NCBI GenBank assembly: GCA_030141605.1
Contig: JAQGDQ010001063.1
Location: forward strand, 1-64,000
DNA length: 64,000 nt
DNA from: Tubiluchus corallicola
Lineage: Eukaryota; Animalia; Priapulida
Direction of reading: 5' to 3'
Position numbers and translations under genes: made by a program. Position 1 is the stretch's first letter, and every line of letters begins with the position of its first letter. Under the pieces are notes generated by a model. That model did not search any database and had not been told where the DNA came from. It was given only the letters and a program-made list of their open reading frames with translations. Shown here piece by piece: positions 11,971 to 23,482 of the stretch.

Positions 11971-13614
11971 CTTACTAATTCTGTTCTTAATTATGATTAA
12001 AGCATATAACATTTACAAAGTTATAAGATTATATCATATCATAGTATTCCATAAAGAGTATTTATCTTTTTTAGACACTAAGGTCAGCTCCTCGAAGTTA
12101 TGGGGCAAAATTAACTGGGCGTTTAGTTAATTGCTTATAAAATTAACAAACAGATAAAGTAATACAAGATGCTATTTAACAGAAGAATAGGATGACTGTC
12201 AGAAGGCACTGTAAGTGTTGTCGTGCTTACTTGAATATAAAATCATTAGCAAAACCTAAAAGCAGTTTAATCTCAGAATTCTATTTACAGAATTATAGTT
12301 AAGTTTTAGACGGGGGCTTTTCGATGCACATGATACACAGATTCATTGTTGCCATTATGGCATGTAAGAAGAAAATTTTCGTTGTCATGGTTTTGTATTT
12401 TGGTTTTGTTTTGTATTTTGTCAAGTTAAACATGTTTTTGTAGTAACAAGTAATTGTTGTACGCTGTACATAAACTTAATTAATCAAAATCACCTAAGAT
12501 CGTTTTACTTCAGCTCAGCATTTTAAATTATTTAAAAAGTTTTTTGCAGTTTTACAGCTGGAACCGGCAGTTTACCATTTTACATACATTCTTATTGTAC
12601 AGTAAGTTTACAACATATAATGTTCTTTCATTAAGATGAATCTCTTTTGTTTTTAATATTTTGTGTTGATTTAAAGGTGCATGTTTAACATTGAACTGTG
12701 TGAATTGTGTTTCCTGAAGATGTTTTGTAGTTGTATTGTAAATAATGTTCTTATTAGTAAACAAATACCTTAAATACATTGTCACAGTATTTTCCCAACA
12801 GCATAGCAAGACGTTGAAAATCAAACTCGGTACTAAACAGCTATTATTAAAAATCTTACTTAGAATTCTAATCATGGTTTATACAAACTGCTACTAAATT
12901 CAACTTGATTTTGCGAATATTCTAAGGATATTTTACATGCAAAGAATATGAAATAAATCTTCAGCCTATTGAATATTTAAAAGAATTTTAGTTAAAGGTT
13001 TCTCAGTTTGTGACTACAAATAAATAAGTGTACTAAATACCCATTATAAAAAGCTATATACCACTTTTTACGTGTACACATGTGGTTATCACTGAACAGT
13101 CTTGTTATGATGTTTATATAAACAAAATTAATATGTGCAGCTAGAGCTAGGGAGCAAGTCATGCAAGTTGTAATGGTCATCAGTATTCAATGAGCGTCGA
13201 AGCGCTCCGGTGATCTTGCCCGGAGGATAAGCTCAGCTGACAAAACCGCTTTTGATATGGGCAGTTTAGTGGCTGGTGTCTCTCCAAAAAGGGCCATAAA
13301 TAATTAAACAACAAACAGACAGTCAAAGCTAAAATAACAGAACACTACATTAGGTAAAAGTAGTGCTCAATTTCCATTAGCTGTTAACTCAGTTAAACTT
13401 GAATAAAGAACATAAACATAAACAAAATCATAAAACGACGAGGACAGATGTCAGAGGAATGCCACCCCTTCTCTGCATACCCCCTCTCTCACATTTTTCC
13501 ATCCTTGACACGCTGCTCTTACTAGCTGCTAGCAAAGTAAGTTCAGCTTTTGCCACGCCCTGTTGCAGACAGCAATACACCCTGCAGTTTTTTCATCTGA
13601 GCAAAAAAATCAAC

Positions 13615-14221
13615 ATGAAGGAGGAAGAATTCAATGCACAAAAAGACAAAGTGAATAGGAAAGTAATACAAGTGATACTGTTCAGTTTCCTGCCAGTGAT
13701 ATTAGTGATCGCTCAGAATGCCTATATAATTTCTAATGCAGTGAGTGAAACGCAGGAGATTGATTTGGTACAGGATGCTTTTACATTCAGCGTGAAAATA
13801 GCTGACATTATGGACAAAATCCAGGAGGAAAGGAACGCCAGCGTTGCCTACCTTGCATTACAGGAACCAAGTGATAGAAATTCGAAAGCAAAGTTACGTA
13901 AGGCATACAGAGCTACAAATAAAGCTTTCGATAAGGTGGAATTTGACGAGTGGGTTCACGGGATTGACGAGTTTCGAACCCAGAACGAACTGAATGCCTA
14001 CATCCAGGCGCATCGTCGAAGACTAGAACTAGGAGATTCCATTGCAGACGAGTTTGCATTCTACGACGGAATTAACAAGAACTTGGCTCGATGGATTGCC
14101 GTCCGACTGCGGAGGGTGGAATCGGACAGCTGGTTGAGCATCGTATCTCTCAGACTATTAATTGATGGTAAAGAATGGGCATCGAGGAGTTTAGCCTTGG
14201 CTAGTGTCCATTTCTTAAATG
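13615..14221 (+). CDS. NIT-domain membrane protein paralogue 2, exon 1
   Basis: ATG at 13615 (MKEEEFNAQKDKVNRKVIQVILFSFLPVILVIAQNAYII). Motifs MDKIQEERNASVAYL and LIDGKEWASRSLALASVHFLN. Donor AATG|gtaagt at 14221/14222, same position and phase as in paralogue 1. Confidence 0.87.
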
Positions 14222-14570
14222 GTAAGTGTTAGTTTGATTACAGGCTGTAGTGGGTGCGTAGGCCCTTTTTGGTTCTAATTTACTTTTCAATTACTGCCAC
14301 GGTGCTGCCATCTGTTTGTTTATTTAGTAGGCATTTAGCTTTTTACAGTAGTCACTTTTTTAAAATTCAAGAATTTTATCATTCAATACATCAGCATTTT
14401 GGCCTTTCGTGAGCTATAGCTGTAGTAGTTGCATGACATTTACGCGTCTTTTGGTTCTCTCCACCATTGCTCTATTTTACTTAGGCATTTATGACTGTGA
14501 ATTCCTTATGAATTTATTGTTGTGACTTTTATGTTCTTAACAATCATCTAATCCTGCTACCAATTGCTAT

Positions 14571-15014
14571 TGTTGTTGTTGTTGGCATCCTTATGTCTCG
14601 GAAGACAATGGAGTGTGCGCCAAGAGAGTAAGTTATTGATCACATTGATTGAGCTACAGCGTCGACGGTGGCTGAGCAATCCGATCCTTGAACCACTGGA
14701 GTCTCCAGGGCGCACGCCTGGACAAGGTGTATGGAGATCCTTAGTTGCCCAGACAACAGGGAACCCCCTCTCTTCCTCCCTGGTGTAGCCCAAAGGAAAG
14801 CGGAGCGATACGTTTGGCACCAGGTTGGCTGCAGGAGCTGCCGGAGTCAGTGAGCATGCTGCACTGGTCCGTCTTCGGGGCTCCACTCCTGATTTGGAAG
14901 GTTTATTCCTCTACACATGGCCGTTGGGTCACTTGACCTCCTCCGCCCTCTAGCCGTTGGCTGTTTGTGCAGCTCCTCCGCCTAGTGTCGAGATACAGTG
15001 TGGGCATCCCGCAT
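14571..15014 (-). mobile_element. Internally deleted (bipartite) RTE-clade retroelement
   Basis: On the minus strand an RTE-like 5'UTR is joined to the ORF C-terminus SRIGLLSHRRRC, a 3'UTR ctccattgtcttccgagacataaggatgcc and a (CAA)n tail. Confidence 0.65.
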
Positions 15015-15128
15015 TGCTACTAATTATCAATTGCTATTAATTACATAATAATACGAAATTCTGCAACTACTTTTTTCCTCCCGAAACTTACACACCTAAT
15101 AGGAGTGTTAGCTATTAGCTATTTTGAA

Positions 15129-15385
15129 CCAGACGGTTTAGTCTAGTGGTAATGCGTCTGCTTTCCGTCAGGGAGGTCGTGAGTTCGAATCAGCGGCCGA
15201 GTCATATCAAAGACTTTAAAAATGGTACCTGCTGATGCCCTGCCTGACGCGCGGTATATAGGGTAAAAGTGGGGTAATATTAGTCTCTGTTATGTAGTTG
15301 TAGGTTGTTATTTAAAGTCGGCGATAATAGCTCTTTGAACTAATGTTAATTGTCGACCCAAAAGCCGACTTTAAATAATATTATA
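15129..15385 (+). mobile_element. tRNA-derived SINE with a MetaSINE-like central domain
   Basis: A-box tagtctagtgg, B-box gagttcgaatc, then ccgagtcatatcaaagactttaaaaatggtacctgctg (Meta-domain-like, from recall). The 3' part is repeated at about 32440-32565. Confidence 0.7.
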
Positions 15386-15526
15386 GCTCAGCCATTATAC
15401 TTTGCCGGCCAATCATATTTAGTATAGAAAGTACTGATAAATGACACCTGGTGCCTTTAATCTTGTCTCAGAGTGAAATGCAGCCCGCTTCTCCTACGTA
15501 TCCAAATTCAAAGTTTTTATTAAGGT

Positions 15527-16265
15527 GCTTAATAGTTAAAGGAAAACAGGATCATGTCAGGATGACTTTTCTTATCCTGTGCTTAATAGTTAAAGGAAAA
15601 CAGGATGACTTTTCTTATCCTGTGCTTAATAGTTAAAGGAAAACAGGATGACTTTTCTTATCCTGTGCTTAATAGTTAAAGGAAAACAGGATGACTTTTC
15701 TTATCCTGTGCTTAATAGTTAAAGGAAAACAGGATGACTTTTCTTATCCTGTGCTTAATAGTTAAAGGAAAACAGAATGACTTTTCTTATCCTGTGCTTA
15801 ATAGTTAAAGGAAAACAGAATGACTTTTCTTATCCTGTGCTTAATAGTTAAAGGAAAACAGAATGACTTTTCTTATCCTGTGCTTAATAGTTAAAGGAAA
15901 ACAGAATGACTTTTCTTATCCTGTGCTTAATAGTTAAAGGAAAACAGGATGACTTTTCTTATCCTGTGCTTAATAGTTAAAGGAAAACAGAATGACTTTT
16001 CTTATCCTGTGCTTAATAGTTAAAGGAAAACAGAATGACTTTTCTTATCCTGTGCTTAATAGTTAAAGGAAAACAGGATGACTTTTCTTATCCTGTGCTT
16101 AATAGTTAAAGGAAAACAGGATGACTTTTCTTATCCTGTGCTTAATAGTTAAAGGAAAACAGGATGACTTTTCTTATCCTGTGCTTAATAGTTAAAGGAA
16201 AACAGAATGACTTTTCTTATCCTGTGCTTAATAGTTAAAGGAAAACAGAATGACTTTTCTTATCC
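15527..16265. repeat. 43-bp minisatellite (about 17 copies) in the NIT2 intron
   Basis: Unit tgcttaatagttaaaggaaaacag(g/a)atgacttttcttatcctg. Confidence 0.95.
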
Positions 16266-16432
16266 TATCCCATTTTAAAGTGCAGTAACACGTATAATAA
16301 AGGCAAAGACAGGAGAGTCCAACTAGTGATGAATCATCACAAATGAATATAATTTTCAGCAGCACAAGAAAATTCACGAGCGTGTTGCGTTTGCGAAAGC
16401 TAAAATTGAACAACAGTGCTACTATACGACAC

Positions 16433-16550
16433 TTCAATTCAATTTTATTTTCTCAATAGCAGTTTAAAATTCGTCATAATTATTTTTACATTTCATTGCA
16501 GTTGAGGAGCAGCGAAAGACCTATTGGTCACTTGGTCAGCTGCCCCTTGT
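16433..16550 (-). mobile_element. LINE 3' end related to 10030-10176
   Basis: Reverse complement reads ggggcagctgacc...gaccaataggtctttcgctgctcctc...aaaataaaattgaattgaa. Confidence 0.5.
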
Positions 16551-17345
16551 TAAAAATACAAGTTTATTCACAAGGTGATGACATTTTTTAGGTGTTTGTG
16601 CACATATAAAATGCAAAAGCAACAGAAATCAACTCAAAGCAGAAATGCAATTCAAAGCATAACAAGGACTAACATCAAGCAAAAAATTAATGAAATTCAA
16701 TGTAGAGCAAAAAATAACATCAAACAAAGCAACAAAAATCTACTAAAAGCAAAAATGCAATTGCACTCAGAATAAAAGGAAGTTTTCACAAGCAATGCAA
16801 AACGGAATTTAACTTATAGCAAAAAATTATATCTACCAAAATGAAACTCATAGCGAAAGTTTTACAAAGCAAACGCAACTCAACTGAAAGTAAAAGAATT
16901 TTAGCGTGATATACAAAACCTCGGCAAATTTTTAGTTTAAAGTTCAAATTTCAAGTTTACCGCCATGGTATGAACACCTTTTAATTAAGGGGTACAGCAC
17001 CTGTTTATTGTGTAACGCGTTTCTGAAACGCAGGCACTAGTGTGCCCATCTAACTAGAGAATGGCGAAATGCGTGTAACAGTGAAGAACTACTGACGCGA
17101 AACCGAAATTACCTTTCCGAGATTGTTCCCTTTCAATGTTTTGAAGGGTAAATTGTTTAGAGCAAGTCTTAAGAATGGGAGAGGGTTTCCTTTAAGGTGT
17201 GACAAGAACGGCAACATAATTTTTTTCTGGCAAGTCTACAGGCATTATCTTAGAGCTCATTAACTTGAAAAATTCACAAGAAATTTTCAAAACTTGAGCA
17301 TTTATATACCATTTATTATAGACACGCCAGTGAAATCGTTTGTAT

Positions 17346-17812
17346 TATGTATGTAGGATGGGTCAGATGGAAGCATATGTATGTAGGATGGGTCAGATGG
17401 GTCAGAGTGGAAGCATATGTATGTAGGATGGGTCAGATGGAAGCATATGTATGTAGGATGGGTCAGATGGAAGCATATGTATGTAGGATGGGTCAGATGG
17501 AAGCATTTGTATGTAGGATGGGTCAGATGGAAGCATATGTATGTAGGATGGGTCAGATGGAAGCATTTGTATGTAGGATGGGTCAGATGGAAGCATATGT
17601 ATGTAGGATGGGTCAGATGGAAGCATATGTATGTAGGATGGGTCAGATGGAAGCATATGTATGTAGGGTGGGTCAGATGGAAGCATTTGTATGTAGGATG
17701 GGTCAGATGGAAGCATATGTATGTAGGATGGGTCAGATGGAAGCATTTGTATGTAGGATGGGTCAGATGGAAGCATTTGTATGTAGGATGGGTCAGATGG
17801 AAGCATATGTAC
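17346..17812. repeat. 30-bp minisatellite (about 15 copies) in the NIT2 intron
   Basis: Unit t(a/t)tgtatgtaggatgggtcagatggaagca. Confidence 0.97.
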
Positions 17813-18527
17813 GTAGCCTATGGCAACACTCAAATGCAAAAATGTTAAGTAACTCCGCGTTTGATAAATATTGAAATTATTCTTCTGATGTTTCTAACTG
17901 GTCAGGATACAACGTTAAGCAGTTCTTCACACACTTGGCATAAACATTTAGCGAATGCATAACTCTACGCAAGAAACCATAACCATTGTTATGATGCCTA
18001 ATCGTAAAAGACCACAAGTATAAAGCATTACTGGACGAATTTATGAATGATAAATAGCTTTTTAGAAATAATTTCTTGTTTAATGCCACATTTTGTAATA
18101 GATTTATTTTGCCAGCCTTCGTAAATATGCATGTCAATGACTGGATTTAGTTTAACATAAAATGGTTTTCAACTGCGAAAAGTTTACAATATTTTTGTCT
18201 GTTATGAGTCATGTATAAATGGATACATACATTAAATTCATTTTAACTAGTGACTATTTATGCTCTGTACTGCTATAAAGCAGTTATCAGGCTAAATTTA
18301 GCACTGCTACTAGCAAATATCATTCAAGCTCATAAATGCAAAAAAGTTGGAGTGGTTAAGAATCTCATTGGCTAAAAATTGAAATGCATTTGAACAATAG
18401 TTCATAGTTTGTGATTGAAGCTTTAGATAGAGGGCACTATCATCATTTACGTGACAATTAGAACCACGTTGATCACCAGAAATGGTCACAGCAATTGATT
18501 AACGATGCTGACAATTATGATTTTCAG

Positions 18528-19093
18528 GTACACTGAGTCCTGAAAACTTTCTAAGATTCGTCAACAGTAGGGAAGTATCCTCGTCATACATCGACGCTGC
18601 TGTAGACGTATCCCCTCAACTTTCAGAAACGTTTCAACGGTACACAGAAGAATATGCATTCAAGGAAAGAAAGAAATATGAAAAGGACGTCCTGGAAAGA
18701 CTAGTCACGTGGTCGATAACAGAATGGTGGCTTCATGCTCACGATTACTTTCAATTTCTGCGACTGACGGAAGACGGAATGAGACAGAAGACCCAGCAGG
18801 CCTTTGAGGAAGAAAAGGATATTCAGGGGAGACGCATGGGCGTGGCTTATACAATGATAATCATTTCAATAGCTGCCTGGTTAGTGGTAGTGGTCGCCAG
18901 TAAGGGATTCGTTGACAAGATCAGGCACACTGAAATTCGAAGCATGTTGTCTAAAGCTACAACTGCAATGGTAGGATTTGTTTCCGGTTTAGTGCCAAAG
19001 TTAAATCTGAACGAACCCAAGGAAGAAGAACTTATAGAATCAGACGAAAAAGACGAAAAGTCAAATAATTTTAACGAAGTTTCACTAGAGTGA
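18528..19093 (+). CDS. NIT-domain membrane protein paralogue 2, exon 2; spliced product about 390 aa
   Basis: Acceptor attttcag|GT ACA CTG at 18527/18528. Reads TLSPENFLRFVNSREVSSSYIDAAVDVSPQL...WWLHAHDYFQFLRL, continuing in frame into ORF 18779-19093 (TM2 MGVAYTMIIISIAAWLVVVVA). Aligns with SVSAKNFLNFMKSSELSSSLTKAAADVS of paralogue 1. Confidence 0.87.
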
Positions 19094-19397
19094 TCGAAGG
19101 TATGAGCTTTGTCTTGCAAATCTAAAATTTCTATTTAGAAGGAGACGTTTCAACATACAGTAATTCTTAAAAATGTTTGTAGCTGTCTGAACTTATCGGA
19201 ATTGTTTCAGAATTGTTTACCATACTCCAATGCAAATTGTTACTCCCATGCTAATCAACAGTAGCTACTGTACAGTATTTTTGCCCTTTGGCTGTGTCAA
19301 TCTGTTTTACGTTATCTGTACAAATGTCTGCAATAAGACAGCATATTCGATGACCTTCACGGTCTCTTAAGAATATCACCTCTTTAAGTTCGTTTCA

Positions 19398-20295
19398 TCA
19401 TGTATGCTCCATCATTGTATCACTGTTTAACCAATCCCTGACCAATGATGAAAGTGATCATGTATGATCCATCATTGTATCACTGTTTAACCAATCCGTG
19501 ACCAATGATGAAAGTGATCATGTATGATCCATCATTGTATCACTGTTTAACCAATCCGTGACCAATGATGAAAGTGATCATGTATGATCCATCATTGTAT
19601 CACTGTTTAACCAATCCCTGACTAATGATGAAAGTGATCATGTATGATCCATCATTGTATCACTGTTTAACCAATCCCTGACCAATGATGAAAGTGATCA
19701 TGTATAATCCATCATTGTATCACTGTTTAACCAATCCCTGACTAATGATGAAAGTGATCATGTATGATCCATCATTGTATCACTGTTTAACCAATCCGTG
19801 ACCAATGATGAAAGTGATCATGTATAATCCATCATTGTATCACTGTTTAACCAATCCGTGACCAATGATGAAAGTGATCATGTATGCTCCATCATTGTAT
19901 TACTGTTTAACCAATCCGTGACCAATGATGAAAGTGATCATGTATAATCCATCATTGTATCACTGTTTAACCAATCCGTGACCAATGATGAAAGTGATCA
20001 TGTATAATCCATCATTGTATCACTGTTTAACCAATCCGTGACCAATGATGAAAGTGATCATGTATGATCCATCATTGTATCACTGTTTAACCAATCCGTG
20101 ACCAATGATGCAAGTGATCATGTATAATCCATCATTGTATTACTGTTTAACCAATCCGTGACCAATGATGCAAGTGATCATGTATAATCCATCATTGTAT
20201 TACTGTTTAACCAATCCGTGACCAATGATGAAAGTGATCATGTATAATCCATCATTGTATTACTGTTTAACCAATCCGTGACCAATGATGAATGT
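19398..20295. repeat. 60-bp minisatellite (about 15 copies) 3' of NIT paralogue 2
   Basis: Successive 60-nt lines are near-identical. Confidence 0.97.
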
Positions 20296-20336
20296 GAAGA
20301 ATGTCGTGTAGAAAATCAGTGCCTTTTTATTATATA

Positions 20337-20679
20337 CAGTCGACCCTCGTTAAACCGGACCCCGTTAGCCCAGATATCGGATAAGACGGACGTCATCCGT
20401 GGTAAAGGAAACTGACCAATTTCCGCCCGAGCCCGAGCGCTAAACACAACACGGCCTACCAACTGTACAATAATTTCTTTATCCTCACAGGTTAACTATT
20501 TTAAAGTAATATACAGTATAGTATATAGTGCACAGTATATAGTGCAATGTACATAGGCCTTATTAAGATGATCATTCCTGTATAATGTAAACTGTATATA
20601 GGCATATCGGATCAATCGGTCAATCGGCTAAACCGGACCCCCCCCCCCCCAATTAGTCCGGTTTAACGAGGGTTGACTG
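20337..20679. mobile_element. Tc1/mariner-pogo-like MITE
   Basis: TIRs cagtcgaccctcgttaaaccggac and gtccggtttaacgagggttgactg, flanked by TA. Confidence 0.85.
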
Positions 20680-21832
20680 TATAGTTTTGAAAGTAGAAAG
20701 TTTTTGCAAATAATTTAGCTATTATACAGACAGGGATAGTTTTAACACGAATAGTATACTAAATCGTATAAAACAAACCAAAATCTAGACACGTGAATGA
20801 AAGTTTTAGCGAATTTTCGAAGCACAAAGATACCATTGAGCATACGTAATAGTTCAGTCCATAATGTTAATAATAATTTTGAATGATTTTTACTTCCTGC
20901 GTGACAAGACAAGAATCGTTTTGCATCTCAAGACAGCAATTTCCCAACAAACATTTAATAGAGCTATCAATACACGTCGCAGGTTTCGACTCAGGACAAC
21001 GACACGGCTAGTGCATTTTTATCTAGGTGGACCATTTGTAGTTTCGTAAATTGGCGTTTTGTGTTACATTTTCTTTTCTAACTTCATGTTATTCTGGGCC
21101 AACGAGGTTCATACTGACGAGCATCGATTGTTAAGCAAAATGACTACCGTATTCTTTGAAATGTCTGTCTATTGCTGACTTTGTTGTGTGTGTAAAAGCA
21201 GCTTATGTATAATTTATGAATAGAGAAGCCAGTTGTTAGTGTCTTTTGATCAAAATAGCTATACCTATTGTAAATAAATGTTGCCTTTGTTTTTACATTT
21301 TTGTTAACTTGTTTACAGTTTCTTGAAATCCATTTATAAATAATCATCCACACGTCACTTCCGTTTCCGTTTAGAAATCAATTATTACACCGTTGTCCCC
21401 AGAGTTGAGAAAGCATTAAGCATCTGAAGCTCAGAACTTTTACCTGTGCAGCTTCAGCAGCGCAGCCAAGGCAACCTTTTTCATTAGTCTACCTCATGAG
21501 CACGTTAGCCATGCTCAATTAACTTCTAGACTACACGCAAGCTTTGCAAGCTTGACTTTTATTCCTTGGCTCAACTGAACAACGCCTTGATACAAGTTTA
21601 ATTTGTCTCAGGTAATAAATCTGCAAGCTGATTGATCTACAGCATAGAGAATTTTCCTAGTGGTGGGTATTAATTTTATATAGAACCTCCTCAGTTATGA
21701 AAAAAAACGTATGCAACGTCAACTTAATTTTGCAACTTAGCACATGTACAGTATAAGGAAATTACAGTGTTACAAAATCTAACCACTACGCTTCAAAATA
21801 ACCCGTGATTTTGTACGAACATGTTCCAGTAC

Positions 21833-21965
21833 GTGAAACGCATTGTTTATTTAACTGTATGTGAAACGCATTGTTTATTTACCTGTATGCGAAACGCATT
21901 GTTTATTTACCTGTATGCGAAACGCATTGTTTATTTACCCGTATGCGAAACCATTGTTTATTTAA
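21833..21965. repeat. 28-bp tandem repeat (about 5 copies)
   Basis: gaaacgcattgtttatttacctgtatgc repeated. Confidence 0.85.
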
Positions 21966-22002
21966 GTGTGTGATTTGTTAACTGTACTTGTGTTTAAGTT
22001 TG

Positions 22003-22381
22003 TTAAAGGAAAAGAGAGGGGTACTTGAAGTAGGTTTCAGAAAAATCGCCTTAAAATTTTATTTCTTTATAGCAACTTTATGTGTATATCGTACTCGCAT
22101 TGAAAGGAATTTTTGTCTGTTTTCATTTTAAATTTCCCGTAATATTGTTCCGAAGTGGCCGTTGCGTGACGTCATATAAGCACAACGTAAATCAGGGGAA
22201 GAAAAGGAAATGTTAAATTGTGTCCCAAAAAGATTTCCATGCAAATCTATATTACTGAGCTTTTCGCTCACCTGGTGGAAAGACTTAGGTAACTAGATGC
22301 TATCCAAAATGTCAGTATGTAAGTGGCATAAAATTTCAAAACGATTTTTTAAGCTTTATGTAAGTGGAGGGTTTTCTTTAA
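22003..22381 (+). mobile_element. Kolobok-like family A, second copy, internally deleted
   Basis: ttaa|aggaaaagagaggggtacttgaagtaggtttc...ttgaaaggaatttttgtctgttttcattttaaat aligns with 1737-1925 and with 2410-2795. Confidence 0.6.
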
Positions 22382-23319
22382 TGTGCTATAAAAAGCATTT
22401 ATATATTTCTAAAAAATGCAATGCGGCAAAATAGCTTTGAAAAGTGTTGCAGATTAAGAAGTTTAACGACGCCATTGCATGCCTCAATTCTGGAACTTTC
22501 GGAAGATCCAAGTTACTGCTTCCAGGAGACAATAGTTGAAACGTGGGACATCGAACCACCCAAATTCCAATGCACCAAAAACACTTGAGCACAGTTGTCA
22601 ACATCAACACCATCTGTCAGAATTATTAGAATTCACACCCTTCTTAAAACTGCCCCAGCTGCTTGAGCAGGGACTTATTAACCAATAGGCTAACTAGGCT
22701 AGAGCCTTGGGCAGGAAAGTTTGAGGGCGCCAGATTTTAGGCGCCCAATTTAAAAAATTCTTATTCTCCTCGGAAAATGTGAATCCGTTCATATTCATGT
22801 AAAGCAAGCACTTACGACACATCACAGCCAGTAACTGGGTCCAGTTGTTATACAAGTGCCACATAACGAAAAGGTGCAAGGTACTACACAACAAGCAGTT
22901 GCCCAGCCTGCTTGTATATAAGTGCTGTTCATATACACGTAGTTAACGATGACCATGTAGAAACTAGGTTAATATTATTACTAGTACACCACAAGTAATT
23001 GTTTAATTTGCTGAATACATAAGCAACGATAAATTCACAATAGAAATGGGCGGAACAGTATAGGTGTCATAAAGTCTTGATACGCCCCTGGGGTTGCTTC
23101 CAGCAAAATAATTCCCTCTGCTTAAGCCGCCCCAAAATTTTAAACCAAGAGTGGATTTCACACTAATAATTGAAGTCTAAGTGCAGACATAGAAACACAC
23201 GACGAACAAATGAACACCCAAATCATTAGGTAAGTGTCTTATCAGTTTTAGCCTCATGCAGCAATACGCTAACCATCAGCGTGGCAAGACCTCTACTTCA
23301 ACAAAGCCATGACCGTAAG

Positions 23320-23482
23320 GTAGTCGTAGTCAAGGTCATATTCGCACCCCGTCTAGCGCCGCCCTTGACATACGGCAATTGTTCAATAAAGATTCACAGC
23401 AAGGGAAGGTAATCGTAGTCATGGTCATAGCGCCGCCCTTGACATACGGCAATTGTTCAATAAAGATTCACAGCAAGGGAAA
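23320..23482. repeat. Local duplication of about 75 bp
   Basis: tagcgccgcccttgacatacggcaattgttcaataaagattcacagcaagggaa occurs twice. Confidence 0.85.

Noticed and set aside
15129-15200. tRNA gene (also 40790-40860 and 48460-48530)
   Set aside because: A/B boxes are present but there is no complete cloverleaf and the sequence continues into SINE body.
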